DNA of 64,000 bases from the human T2T-CHM13v2.0 reference genome, Homo sapiens, in NCBI RefSeq assembly GCF_009914755.1, contig NC_060929.1. The stretch is one strand, 5' to 3'. The notes beneath the pieces are model-generated. The model did not search any database and had not been told where the DNA came from. It saw nothing but the letters and a program-made list of their open reading frames with translations. Shown here one piece after another: positions 41,007 to 54,510 of the stretch. The position numbers and the translations under genes were made by a program. The stretch's first letter is position 1. Every line of letters begins with the position of its first letter.

Positions 41007-44000
41007 TTACTACCAAACCATCATCATCACCCAGAGTCCACAGCCTGCATTTGGGCTCACTCTTGGCACTGTACAGTCTAGGGTTTGGATAAACGTGTCC
41101 ACCATTGAAGTGTCCACATGTGTCCACCATGGAAGTGTCATGCAGAGTATTTTTGCTGCCCTAAAAAATCCTTCATGCTCTGCCTATCCATCCTTCCTTC
41201 CCACTCATGCCTGGAACCACTGATCTTTTTACCATCTCCACAGTTTTGTCCTTTTCAGAATGTCCTAGAGTTGGAATCACACAGTGTGTAGCTTATCAGA
41301 TTGGTTTCTTTCACTTACTAATAAGCATTTAAGTTTCCTCCATGTCTTTTCACTGCTCATTTCTTTTTAGGGCTGAGTAATATTCCGCTGTCTGGATGTG
41401 CACTGTTTATTTATCCATTCACCTACTGAAAGATATCTCAGTTGCTTCCAAGCAAATATAGAATTATTAGGTAAGGAATGGAATTATGAATGAAAGCTTT
41501 ATACCATAAACATTATGAATAAAGCTTGTATAATGAACAATGTTTCTATGAGCATCATGAATAAAGCTTCTATAAACATCCACATGCAGGTTTTGGTGTG
41601 GACATATGTTTTCAACCCCTTTGGGTAAATACCAAGGAGTATGGATCCTGGATTACAGGTTAAGCGTATGTTTAGTTTTTCAGAAACCACTAAACTGTCT
41701 TCCATAGTGGCTGTATCACTTTGTACGCCCACCAGCAATGGATGAAAGTTCCTGTTGCTCCACATCCTCGCCAGCATTTGATGTTTGCAGTGTTAAGGAT
41801 TTTGGCTATTCTAATAGGTGTGTAGTAGTATGACCTTGTTTTAATTTGCATTTCCCTGAGGACATATGATGTGGAATAGCTCTTCAATGTTTACTGCCAT
41901 CTGTATGTATTCTGTAGTGAAGTATCTGTTCAGATCTCTGCCAATTTTTAATTGGGTTGCTCATTTTCTTCTTGTTGCATTTTAAGGGTTATTTGTATAT
42001 TTCAGATAACAGTCCTTATCAGGTATGCCTTTTGCAAATATTTTCTCCAGGTCATGGCTTCTCATTCTCTTGACATTGTCATTTATACAGCAGAAGTTTT
42101 TAATAAAGCCCAACTGGTCAATTACTTATTTTATGAATCATGTCCTTAGCATTTTATCTAAAAAAGCCATTGCTATACCCAAGGTCATCTAGGTTTTCTT
42201 ATATGTTATCTTGTAGGAGTTTCATAGTTTTGCATTTTACATTTAGTTCTGTGATCCATTTTGAGTTAATTCCATTTTGAGATGATTTTTGTGAAGTGTG
42301 GAATGTCTGTGTCTAGATTTATTATTTTGTCTGTAGCTATTTGTTGAAAAGGCTATCCTTCCTCCATTGAATTGAATTGTCAAGGATCAGTTGACTAAAT
42401 GTGTGTGGGTCTATTTCTGGGCTCTCTCTTCTGTTCCTTTGACCTATTTGTCTATTCTTTTGCCGTTACCACACTGTCTTGACTACTAGAGCTTTATAGT
42501 AAGGCTTGACCTCAGGTAGCACCAGTCCTAGGACTTTGCTGTTCTCCTTCAGCACTGACATGTCTATTCTGAGTCTTTCGTCTTGCCATACAAACTTTAA
42601 AAATCTGTCTGCATTTGCAAAATAACTCACTGGGATTTTGATTGAGATTACATTGAATCTACAGATCAATTTGGGAAGAATGACATCATGACTGTATTCA
42701 TGGAGATGGAATATCTCTCCAATTATTTAATCTTTGATGTCTTTCATCAGAGTTTTGTAGTTTTCCTCATATGTATCTTGTAGATATTATTATACTTATA
42801 CCTAAGTATTTCATTTGTGGGGGTGCTAATGTAAATGGTGATGTGTTTTTAATTTTGAATTCCACTGTTCATTGTTGGTATATAGGAAAGTGATTGCCTT
42901 TTTATATTAATCCTATATCTTGCAATCTTGCTATGATTTATTCCAGGAGGATTTTTAGTCTTTTTTTTTTTGGATTTTATACATAGATAGTCATGTCATC
43001 TGTGAACAAAGACATGATCATAGATGACATTATTTGTTTTACTTTTTCCTTCTCAATCAGTATACCTCTTATTTTCTTTTCTTGTCTTATTGCACTGGCT
43101 AGGACTTCCAGTATGATGCTGAAAAACAGTGGTGAGAAGTGGCATCACTGCGTTCTTCCTGCTTTTGGTGGGAAAGCTTCTGGTTTCTCACTATTAAGTG
43201 CGATGTTAGCTGTAGGTTTTTGTAGAAAATATTTGTTAAGCTAAGGAAGTTACCCTCTATTCCTAGTTTGCTGAGAGTTTTTATCATAAATGAATGAAAT
43301 GAATCATGAAGTCCATTTTGTAATAACACTATAGCACTTTGCAGATAGTGCAAGTATCCTATATGACAAAATAACCCTAACTTTTCTTTTCCATCCCTTG
43401 TTATCATTGCTGTTACTCATTTCTTATACATAAGCATATATGTAAGCACTGTTAACTGAACGCATTGTTGCTATTATTTTGTTAAATCCAACAAAAACCC
43501 CAATATTTTCATCTATTAATGTAATCATCTGTTTTTTCTTTCTTAGTCTGTTGAGTGATGGATTTTATTAATTGAACTTTGAATGTTGAATCAGACTTGC
43601 ATACCTGGGATAAAACCCACCTGGTTGTGGTGTATAATTTTTTTACACTTTATTGGATTTGATTTGCTAATATTTTGTTGAGTATTTTTGCATCTATATT
43701 TATGAGAGATATTGGTCTTTGTTTTTTTTTTCTTGTAATGTCTTTGTCTGGTTTTGCTATTAAGGTAATGTTGGTCTCATATAATGAGTTAGGAAGTGTT
43801 TGCTTTGCTTCCATCTTCTGGCAGATATTGTAGAGAATTGGCACAATTTTTCCTTAAATGTTTGATAGAATTCACCAGTGACCCCATCTGGGCCTGGTGC
43901 TTTCTGTTTTGGGAAGTTATTAACTATTGATTCAATCTCTTTACTATAGACCTGATAGTCTATTTCTTCTTTTGTGAGTTTTGGCAAATTGTGTCTTTCA

Positions 44001-44344
44001 ATGAATTGGTCTATTTCCTTTAGGTTATCAAATATGTAGACATAGAGTTGTTCATAATGTTTATTTATTATCCTTTAAATAGCTATGGGATCTGTAGTGA
44101 TGTTTCCTCTTTCCTTTCTGATATTAGTAAGTTGTGTCCTCTCTTTTTTCTTAATTATCCTGGCTAGATCTTATCAATTTTACTGATATTTTCAAAGAAC
44201 CATCTTTGGATTTTCTTGATTTTCTTTTTTTATTTTCTGTTTTTAATGTTATTGTTTCTGCTCTAATTTTTATTGTTTTCTTTCTTCTGATTACTTTGGA
44301 TTTAACTGCTTTTCCTTTTCTAGTTTCCTAAGGTGGAAGCTTAG

Positions 44345-44677
<333 letters not shown>

Positions 44678-46965
44678 TAAAATATATTCAATGCTATAAA
44701 TTTTCATCTAAGCACTGCTTTATTGCCATTATTTTGCTATTATATTGCCATTATTTTGAACACAGTGTTACCTGTTAGATCAACCAACAATATGAAAAAT
44801 AGAAGTTTTATTTAACTTTCACTCATTTCTTCTTCGGTGTCCTTTCTTTCTTTATAAAGATTCAAGTTTCTGACCTCCGTAATTTTTCTTCTCTTTAAAG
44901 AATTTTTAATATTTCTTGCAAGCAGGTCTGTGGACAAGAAATTTCTCAATTTTGTCTGAGAAAGTCATTATTTTTTCTTCACTTTTAAAGGATAGTTTCA
45001 CAGGGTATAGAATTCTAGGTTGGTGAGCTTCTTTTTTCTCAACACTTTAAATATTTTATTCTACTCTCTTCTTGCTTAGATGATTTCTGAGAATAAGTCA
45101 GATGTGATTCTTATCACAGCTCCTCTATAGGGAAGGGTTTTTTCCATGTTGTTTCTCTTAACATTTTTTCTTTTACTTTGATTTTCTGAAGTTTGAGTAT
45201 GATATGAATAGGTGTCTCTTTTGTTTTTGGCATTTATACTGCTTGGTGCTCTCTGACCTCCACAGATTCCTGAAGATCTTTGGTTTGGTGTCTGATATTT
45301 GTTTGAGAAAAATTCTTCATCATTATTGCTTTAAGTATTGCCTCTGTTTCTTGATCTCTTTCTTTTCCTCCTGGTATTTCCATTAAGCATATATTATACC
45401 TTTTGTAGTTGTCCCACAGTTCTTAGTGTGTTTTTTTCTTTGCTATTCAGTTTTGAAAGTTTCTATTATCATATCCTCATGCTGAAAGATTCTTTCCTCC
45501 GTTGTGTCCAGTCTACTAATGAGTCCATCACAGGAATTCTTTATTTCTGTTGCAGTGGTTTTGATCTCTAGCATGTTTTTGCCAGAATTTCTACCTCTCT
45601 GCTTATGTTATTCATTTGCCCCTGAATGTTGTTGGCTGTCTACATTAAAGCCTTAGTATATTAATCACAGCTTTAAAAATTTCAGGAATCCCAACATTCC
45701 TGCCATATCTGACTGATTCTGATGCTGGTTCAGTCTCTTCAAACAGTGTTTTTTGCCTGTTAGTCTTGTAATTTTTTGTTGAAAGGTGGACAGGTTGTAC
45801 AGGGTAAAAGGGAACTGCTGTAAATAGGACTTTAGTGAAGTGGCCATGCTGTAGGGGGAGTGTCTATGGTCCTATGACTCGGTCTCAGCCCCAGTGAGAC
45901 TGGGGCCATGAGCTACACAAGTACCTCTCAGATTCTTCCTCCCTTAGGTGGAACAGGATGGCTAGAGTGGGCTGGAGTTGGGTGTTTCCAATCTCAGCTC
46001 TGATAAAACTGTAGCAGGTCTGGCTCTGGTTAAATAGTTTCTCCTGAAGCTTTGCTAAGAAGAGAATGCTCTGGTGTAACTCAGAACAGCCCCTTTACCT
46101 TTCCCCTGCCTAAAGCACAGGGGACATTTCTCTGATGTTCACTGTGGGCACTGCAGGGCTCCTGGAGGTAAAACTCACAAAGGTGTGCCCCCAATGCCCG
46201 GGTCCCCTGGAGTTGATAACTCTCAGACTTGTCCGCACTGAGCTTCCAGCAGCTCAAGAGGTTTCTGCTCATGTGTTTCTGCTCAGGTAAGTTGTGCTTC
46301 TCTGTATCCACCTGTCTCTCCAATTGTGAAGGCAGGGGCTTGCCATGTGACCTTACTTGTCTGATGAGTCTAAGAAGAGTTGTTGATTTTCAGTTTGTTC
46401 AGCATTTTACTTGTTTCATTAGGACTGATGGGAGACCTCTGAGTGCCTTACATGCCAGACTCCATAACTCTTTTTTACAGCTTCACTGTGTCTATGCCAA
46501 GCTGGAATCTTTTTCTACATCGTCAATGCTAGATACAGCAAAATGATGACCAATGGGTTGGATACTTCAGCAGGTGTTCACTAAGCACTCATTAGGGCTG
46601 GTCCTACACACTGCAGTGAGGGCACAGAGGTAAACAGCATCACCAAGGGGCCTGCATCAGGATGTTAACGACCTTGAGGTTGTTCACAGGACAAAGGACA
46701 AGTTGGGAGACGAGACAGAGGACCCAGTGCCACCAACAGGGGCACTCTCAGTCTTCAGCCCCAGCCAGAAGACAGTTCCCGGGTGCCCAGGAGTTCCCCA
46801 AACGTCCCTGGCAAACCAGTGGAGTGTGACAGAAACAAGATTAAAATAAAATGGTTCAGGCCGCTGGCCCTGGCCTCCTGCCTGGAACTGGAGCTCTGCT
46901 GAAGGGATCCATGGGGGCCGAGGCTGCTGTCTTCACAGAAGCTGATGGTCAGGATTTCCCTACAG

Positions 46966-47346
46966 TGCCGAGGGCTAAGTGGTGTCCCCCATACACACTG
47001 TGTTGGAGCAGTAGCCCCCAGCTCCTCAGAACACAACCTTATTTGGAGACAGAGCTCATACAGTAGTAGCATGGCCCCAATCCAATATGACGGCGTCCTC
47101 ATAAAAAGGGGATATTTGGACACAGATAAACACACAGAGACCCCTGTGATGGAGAGTGATATTGCCGGGAGCCGAGGAACAATGGATGGCCAGCAGCCTC
47201 CAGTCACTGAGAGGCTGGAGCCGGGCCTCCCTCGGCCTTCAGAAGGAACCAACCATGCTGACACCTTGATCTTGGCCTCCAGCCTCCAGAACCATGCAAA
47301 AACAAACTTCCATTGCCTAAGTCCCCATCCCCAGGAAACAAATGCA
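46966..47346 (+). mobile_element. MaLR solo LTR (MLT1B/C-like)
   Basis: ccttatttggagacag...aatccaatatgacggcgtcctcataaaaaggggatatttggacacaga...gaaggaaccaaccatgctgacaccttgatcttggcctccagcctccagaac. Confidence 0.85.
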
Positions 47347-49399
47347 GTTAGAGTTGTGAAGAGCAGAAACTACTGAATATACGAGGCTTTTTCTGATCTA
47401 CTCTCTCTGATAGTCAGATGTGGAGTTTGAGAGTTCATTATTGAAATTCTAGTAAACAAGCTGACTCCACGTTGATTCTGGAAGCCGCTGACAGTGGAGG
47501 CAGTATTCTCTGTAAACTCCCAGTGTGGTTTTGTGGCCTGGGCCTCGGGGCTCGCTCTGCCAGCTGATGACCCGCTGTCCTCCATGCTCCATGTGGCGTC
47601 TTGCTGACCGTCTGCTGTTGGTAGAGCCTGAGGAGGTCAAAGTCCCAGGAATGGTTCGTCAGCATTTGCTAACTCTAGAAATGCAATCCCCAAGTCACTG
47701 ACCCCTGGCATTAATTCTGGGTGCTGGGGGGTGGCCATGGGCAGCTCGGCCAGTGTCACTGCCTACAAATGGTCCTGGGGCCCTGGGAATGGGTGCGTGA
47801 CAGGTGGGAAAATGCGTTTCCTCCAAAAGGCAGAGCCCGCATAAGTAGGGGCTGCTCCCAGCGTTCATCTGCCGACCTCGCAGCTGACCCATTGTCCTTG
47901 GCACCGGTTCAGGAAGAAGCTCAGCTCAGGACGATGGCCACGAGAGCCACTTTTTGGCTCTTCTCTTCCTTTCCCTCTTGAGGAAAGCCTCACCTGGGAA
48001 GCAACAGCTGGAGGGAGTGAATGGTCTTGTTACGCTTGGAGAAAGAACAGGTTTCGTCACGGCCTTCCCACTCTGACCAACAGCACCTTGGGATGTGGGG
48101 GGCACTGACATGAGGAACCCCCCAAGCAGGTCTCCCTTTCCCCAGCAAGAAGCCCCTGCTGGCCCAGGTGGCTGGGAGAGCTGCAGACAGCACCCAAACC
48201 ACTCACTGGGGTGCCACCCGCACTCTGCACCCTGCACCCCACACCCTGTAGAGCAACCCCATGTGCCAGCGAGCGGCCTCAGAGCAGCCTGCCCAGGCCC
48301 GGGGCTCGTGGCTTGCCTGTTTCCCGGGTGGGGGAGGGCAGAAAGGAGAGTGTGAGGGAGCGGCTGGCTGAGAGATTAGGATCTCAGCTCCTCTACAAGA
48401 TGCATGAGCCTCGCCGCTCCTGTGCGGGCCCCATTCCTCTTCTGATCCATTAGCGGGGTCTCCATCACGGCTGTATCTCCCTCGGAGGTCGGGTAGCATC
48501 CATCCTGGCTGGCCGCACCCGCATTTCCGTGTCGCATGATCCATCCGGTGCCTCTGCAGACAGCAGGCACTAGGACAGATGGGCTGGAGCTGGCATATCG
48601 TGCGGATAAACTGTTTATCACTCCATTGACGCCGCTCCATCTCCCCGCAGCTGACCCCACGCTCACTAATGCCTAGATAGTGGGCAGGAGAACGGCCGTC
48701 CCTGGGGGTCATGGTGCGCGTCTCCTCGTTCTTTGGTGCTGAGGAAGGAGGTGGCAGAGGCCTTGGAGCAACAGAGCCAGGGTTGTGGGAGAGGAAGGTG
48801 GCTGAGTGTGGTGAGGGCCCTGCCAGGTGCTTTGGGAGTCCTGTGGGACTGCAGAATGAGCACGTTCGCTCCATCGTTTGACGACAAAGGCACCCGGTGT
48901 CCCTGAGCCGAGCACGCCCCGTCCACTTGGTGGGGGCATTAGCCTGTCGGAAAGCTGCCTGGTCCAGGGGGGCTTTCAGCCCGCAGGACGCCGAGAGCTG
49001 TCTGTAAACCTCTCCATGGTTGTGTGGGCCTCGGGCCGAGGCAGCCTGCAGTGAAGGAAGATGTTTTGGAGAAGTTGTTGGGGGGCTGAATCCCTAAACG
49101 CAGGGGACACTTCACGCCCGTGGAATTTGGAAAACCGAGGCAGGGAGCAGGGAAGGGTGTGGGACTCGGGAAGGGGAGCAGCTGGTGCTCCTTTAACTCG
49201 CCCGGTGGCAGTTCAGGGTGTTTCCATCTGAGATCCTACACTCAGCCGGGGGCCCACGGTGTAGCGGGTCGTCAGCCGGGCCCCGGGCCTTCTGGGCAGC
49301 AAGGGCCCTGGCAGGACCCTGAGGGCTGGGCCAAGGAGGGCAGTTCGCTCCGGGGCACCTGTCAGGGGCCCCACACGGCTGCTTTTAGGCCAGGGGTGG

Positions 49400-50150
49400 C
49401 AAAGACGCTGCTGCCGCCTGCTCTGGGCTCGGCTCCCATGGCTGTGAAGGACCCTCGTCACTCCCCGTCGCCTGCCTGGGCTGCCCGGGGACCCTCCTGC
49501 TGCGTCAGCACAGAGCCTGGAACCGCGGCCAAGGCAGGAAGCTCCCCTGTGAAGGCACCAAGCACGGCAGACGCCCTCACATCGCCGGGGCCCGTTTCCC
49601 TGTGGACGGGAAGTGGGAACGTGACGTGGACGTGACGTGGGAACGTAACGTGACGTGACGTGACGTGACGTGGCATGGCGCGAGGACAGCGCGGCGGGAG
49701 CGGCGCCTCAGATCCAGCAGGGAGGGAGACGAAAGGCGGATGGAAGAGGGGCCCCCGGACCCCGCCCCTCGAGGCTTGTGTGCCGCCCTGGCTGCGGCGT
49801 TCTGGGCGACGGGAAACAGAGTCAGGACACAGACCAGGGAGGGCCGGGGCAGAGCCAGGGCACCTGCGGGCGAGGACGGCTGGGTGCTGGGTCCCCGGCG
49901 TCAGGGCGCAATGCCGCCTGCTGGGCGTCACCCTTTCCCAGGGCTGCTGGGACACGTGGCCGCAGCTGCTTGGCTCACCACAGCGGAAGTCGGTCTCTCT
50001 CATCCTGGAGTCCGCGCGGCTGAGGGCGAGGTGTCCTTCCGGGGGCCCTGAGGGGCTCTGTCCCCGGCCTCTCCCCTCGGCGCCCCTGCCCGGCCAAGCA
50101 TTGCGCCAAGCCCACCCCCACCTCACGTGGCGGCCTCCTCCCCGGCTTGG
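49400..50150. promoter_or_regulatory. CpG-island-like region
   Basis: High GC and dense CpG; contains the (ACGTG)n array, a GC box (CCCCGCCCC, about 49760) and an ETS-like CGGAAGT (49984). Confidence 0.6.
49619..49672 (+). repeat. (ACGTG)n / (TGACG)n pentanucleotide repeat
   Basis: acgtgacgtggacgtgacgtgggaacgtaacgtgacgtgacgtgacgtgacgtg. Confidence 0.95.
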
Positions 50151-50343
50151 GGACTTCTCTCTGTCACTTGCAAAAACACGCGTCCTTGGATTTAGGGCCC
50201 TCCCTGTTCCCGGAGGCTCTCATTTCAAAGTCCTGACCTTAAGGACAGCTGTAGGACCCAATTTCCAAGCAAGGTGGCATTCCCAGGCAGGAGGGGTTAG
50301 GACCTGGGTGTGTTTTTGGGGGGACTCCATTCCGCCCCTGACA
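49922..50343 (-). mobile_element. MaLR solo LTR (MLT1C/D-like), GC-drifted
   Basis: cagggctgctgggacac...cttggatttagggccc...caatttccaagcaaggtggcattcccagg...ggggttaggacctggg...tttggggggactccattccgcccctgaca. Confidence 0.7.
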
Positions 50344-52837
50344 GGGCCTCAGGGTGGCCACTGCTTCTAAAGTTGGATGTGGGGCTTGTAGACTTGCCAC
50401 GGCCATCCTGGTATTTTTGAGTATTTGAAATGACAGATTTACCACCTAGGAAAGTGAAGCAGGTGCGAGCGAGTACCGAGGCTGTTCGTTCAGGCCCCCA
50501 CCCCTCGCTGCAGCCCCCACCTTGACCCAGCCTCGCCTGTCAGTCCTTCCCATCCACCTGTTCTGGGGCCACTGGCACCATGTCCTCTTCCTCCCTAACC
50601 ATGCCGAGGGGTCATCGCCTCTGGTTGTCAGCCTCCTTCCCATGGATGTATGTTCTTCCCACCACTGGTCAGCCCCTCCTGGTGTCTACCGGAATCTCAG
50701 CTCAAGTGACTGATCCGGAGGGACCCCCCCCGCCCCCTGCCCCGCTACAACCTTGCCCTTGCCTTGTGTGTGAAGAAGTAGAGTTGCTAAGGGCTGGCAG
50801 CTGTGAACCCTTGTGGGGAGTGGGGACTTGAGGGCCTGGGCCTGGGGCACCTGGAGGAGCCCAATCGCCACCTGCAGCCACCCAGGGCCGCCAGGCACCA
50901 AGGGGCCCCAGGACCCCAGGCACTGTGTGTCCATCTCAAGAGTGACTCAGGCTCACAGGGGCCCCCACTGCTGCCCTCTTGCATCCCCACAGACACACCC
51001 GGAGTTCTCTCAACCTCTGCTTGCTCAAGTTCGGACTCCAGTTCGAGGACATCCAGCCACACATAACTTGGATGAGCAGCCCTCATTTTGTGTTCAATAA
51101 AAGATAACACAAGAGATCATTCGAGCAACTATGTCAGAGTAAATGTATTTCCTTGTTCAAGAGTGAAGCTCCTTCAGGAACATCTGCAATTTGCTTTGTC
51201 TTGCTGAAAACAATATTTTCCCAGAAGACCCCAGCATGAGGGCCATTACAAAACGTAATTCATATTGCATAAGTTCCGAAGCGTTCAGCACGAATAACAA
51301 ATGGAGGGTTAGTGAAGTATTTATGCTCTGCTGTGAGCGTGGCATCTATAAGTCATGGGGGTCCCAGGCGCCCAGCCCAGCACTCACTCAGGATGTGCTC
51401 GGCCCCCACGGCTGCAGCCGAAAAGAGCCCTGCTTCTTCTATGTGGGGGAGTGCGGTACTTTGGGCACAGACGCAGCCAGACTTGGCTTTCTTGTTACCT
51501 ATGGAGAAAAGGGAGGGCTGATAAGAGGAGTGAAAGACACCCTACCTAGCAGGAGGATGTGTCTGAGATATAAACAGCGGATGAAGGGCTGGGGTCTAGA
51601 ATGAACAGGAAAGAGCCAGCCTGATTGAAAGATGCCCAAAGGCTGGCAGGGCCCTTCCCGACTGAAGGAGTGCCAACCAGAAACTCAGCACCCAGGGAGG
51701 TGGTGTCTTGTGAGCTGTTGGGGACATCCAATTTATGTCACAGAAATGCACTGTCACACCCACAGTGGGTTCAAGACTACAGTGTTGATGTGCAAATATT
51801 GCCAGAATGAGGGACACTGAGAACTCCTTCACACTTCTGCGTGCGAATTGGCACAGCCACCTTGGAAACTGCAGGAGCTGTCTGGGCCTCCAGCAAGTCC
51901 ACGCCTCGTCTGCTCTCATCCTAGAGATCCCTGTGCACACGGATGGGGCGTCCACACCGCCTGTCTGTAGTGGACCCCGAGGAAACCACTAGGCTGCCGT
52001 CAAAAGTGCATGGACGAGTAAAGCCTGGCATCACCAGGGAATGAAAAACCGCACAGTGAATGACCTCGGCCTGGCAGTCCCACACTTAAAACTCGATTGT
52101 GAAGGCATGCTGAGAAAGGCACCAGATGATTTGTGTCCAGACCTGTTCGCTGGACGGAGTGAAAAGGTGTGCAACACATAAAGGGCCGGCGGAGTGCACT
52201 GATGAGAGCCCCGGCTTCCGTGGTTTAGGAGAGAAAAAAGCTGGGCACAGAAGGGTTGGTGTACGACGTCCCCTCTTTTATGTGGAAATGGGGCAAACCA
52301 TGTATTTTCAGCTATGCTGCACCAGTATCCCCACCTCACACACGTTCATCCCGCCCCGAGAGGGTGGATGCCCCACTTCCCGTCTAAGCAGACCTGTGAC
52401 TGGGGTGGATGTGGCCTTGACAAAGCTGGGTCACCAAAGGCAGTGATCAATGGCCAGAGATTGGTCCATCTGGGACGTCCACCTTGGAACCCAGCCGCTG
52501 TGCCACCGAGAAGCCAGGTGGCCACGGGGAGACCACGCAGAGCCCCCGGCCACAGCCCACATGGGGTCCCCCTGACAGCCACACCACACACCGAGCACCT
52601 GTAGGATGTGTGATGGGCCTTCCTAGGACTGAGGACCCAGCTTCCCACTGCCTCAGGGGCAGAGCCCATGTCTGTCCAAACTGGATGAAAGAGCAAGGCT
52701 CATTACCTTGTTATTTGAAGCATGGTGCTCTGAGGCAGTGGAGGACCGGAACCATGACCACAGTGCTGTGGACACACATATGTACATACACTGTAAAAAG
52801 AAACGCTGGGAGGCTAAACCCAAAATCAACAAATCTA

Positions 52838-53136
52838 CCAGGCACCGTGGCTCATGCCTGGAATCCCAGCACTTTGGGAGGCCAAGGCGGGCAGATCGCT
52901 TGAGCCTAGGAGTTCAAGACCAGCCTGGGCAACACAGAGAAACCCAGTCTCTACAAAAAGAAGAAGAAAAAAAAAATAGCCAGGCTGGTGACTCGGACCC
53001 GTGTTCCCAGCTGCTCAGGAGGCTAAGGTGCGAGGATCACTTGGGCCCAGGAGGTTGAGGCTGCAGTGAGGCAAGATTGCACCACTGTACTCCAGCCTGG
53101 GGGACAGAGCAAGCCTGTTTCAAAAAAAAAAAAAAT
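52838..53136 (+). mobile_element. AluJ
   Basis: gatcgcttgagcctaggagttcaag, ggatcacttgggcccaggaggttgaggctgcagtgag; TSD-like AACAAATCTA / AAGAAATCTA. Confidence 0.92.
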
Positions 53137-53466
53137 TAAGAAATCTATCTTGAAGTGGGGGTGTCAGGGAGGGGTCAGAGGGGTCAGGGTTGGGAGAGGA
53201 CCTTCTCGTGGCATATCCTGTTAACACAGTTCAGCTTGGAATCATTATATTTTGTACAAACAAGAATAAAATTAAAGCCAAAAGAAGAAAATGCCGTCCT
53301 GAAAACTGAAAACAAGCCAAGACAAAAGAACCTAATGATATATCAAGTTGGTGACAAATCCCGAGAGAAAAGCATTGCTTCAAGTGACTTTGGAGCACAG
53401 CGTTTTGACTTCAGTCCTCCATAGAAAATGGCATCGGGACAAAAGAAGACCTGAAGAAATTGGGGG

Positions 53467-53624
53467 CATCACACGGTTATCGTCACACGGACATTGTCAC
53501 ACAGTCATCGCCACATGGTCGTCGTCACACGGTCACCGCCACCCAGTCACCTGCCACACGGCCACTGCCACATGGCCATCGCCACACGGCCACCGCCACA
53601 TGGCCATCATCACACGGTCACCTG
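53467..53624 (+). repeat. Degenerate 14-bp minisatellite, about 11 copies
   Basis: Unit approximately CATCGYCACAYGGY. Confidence 0.9.
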
Positions 53625-54380
53625 CAGTCAGCTGACATTGTATTGATGGGGAGCGCATGCCCAGGTAATCAAACATAAAGGAAGGCGGCCACTCAGCCGC
53701 TGGGAACTGAAGATGAGGGGACTGAGCTGTAGGGAGACATCATGGCTTCTGGGGGCTGGGGCTTGTACAGCCTCTTCCAGCTCACCTCATTGTCTCCTGC
53801 AGGGAGCAGGTTGGATTTCTCGGGCTCAGGATGGCAAGTGTGGCTACTAAAGTGGGGTCTGTGGCCTTGCTGAGCGCAGGCCAGTGGGGTGTTCCCCGAG
53901 CATTCGGCAGCAGCTGCTTCTCCAAAATTAAAAGCATCCGAGGCAATCAGATACCATGCTTGACACATTCTCCATGATTCCAGCCTCTTACCTATTGCAA
54001 GTAAACAAATCCTGCCAGGATTTTGGGCGACCACAGTTAGCAATCTGCCTTCCTGCCTACCGACACCTGAATCGTCACTCTGGCTCTCCCTGTTGCCCGG
54101 CCACCTGGTGACAGCTGCCGGATATGGGCGCCTCCCATGGCCTCGGGACACCCAGTGTTCATGGGCACTGCCTTCCTGCATTCCTACGAGCCCTGTGGGG
54201 ACAGTTTCCACACTCACCCTACCACCTCCAGCCTTGACTGACCCCAAGCTGAGAGTGTGCACACCGTTTCCCAGCCCCCCAGAGACTGCCCTGCACGGGA
54301 GCTTACACACCCATTGCACAGGTGGCCTGGCCAGGAGCCTTTCCCGGATTTGCTGAGAAAGGTGCGCCTTTGTCATCTCC

Positions 54381-54510
54381 CTCCATGGGGACCTCCACCC
54401 CCTTGTCCCTCTCCTTCCTCCACAGGGACCTCCACCCCCTCATCCCTCTCCTTCCTCCACAGGGACCTCCGCCCCCGGTCCCTCTCCTTCCTCCATGGGG
54501 AACTCCGCCC
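54381..54510 (+). repeat. 36-37-bp tandem repeat, about 3.5 copies
   Basis: Unit ctccaYRgggacctccRccccc...tccctctccttc at 54381, 54418, 54455 and 54491. Confidence 0.9.

Noticed and set aside
48203-50370. Long (170-230 aa) ORFs on both strands
   Set aside because: Pro/Gly/Arg/Ala-rich products expected from stop-poor GC-rich DNA; they overlap a simple repeat and an LTR.
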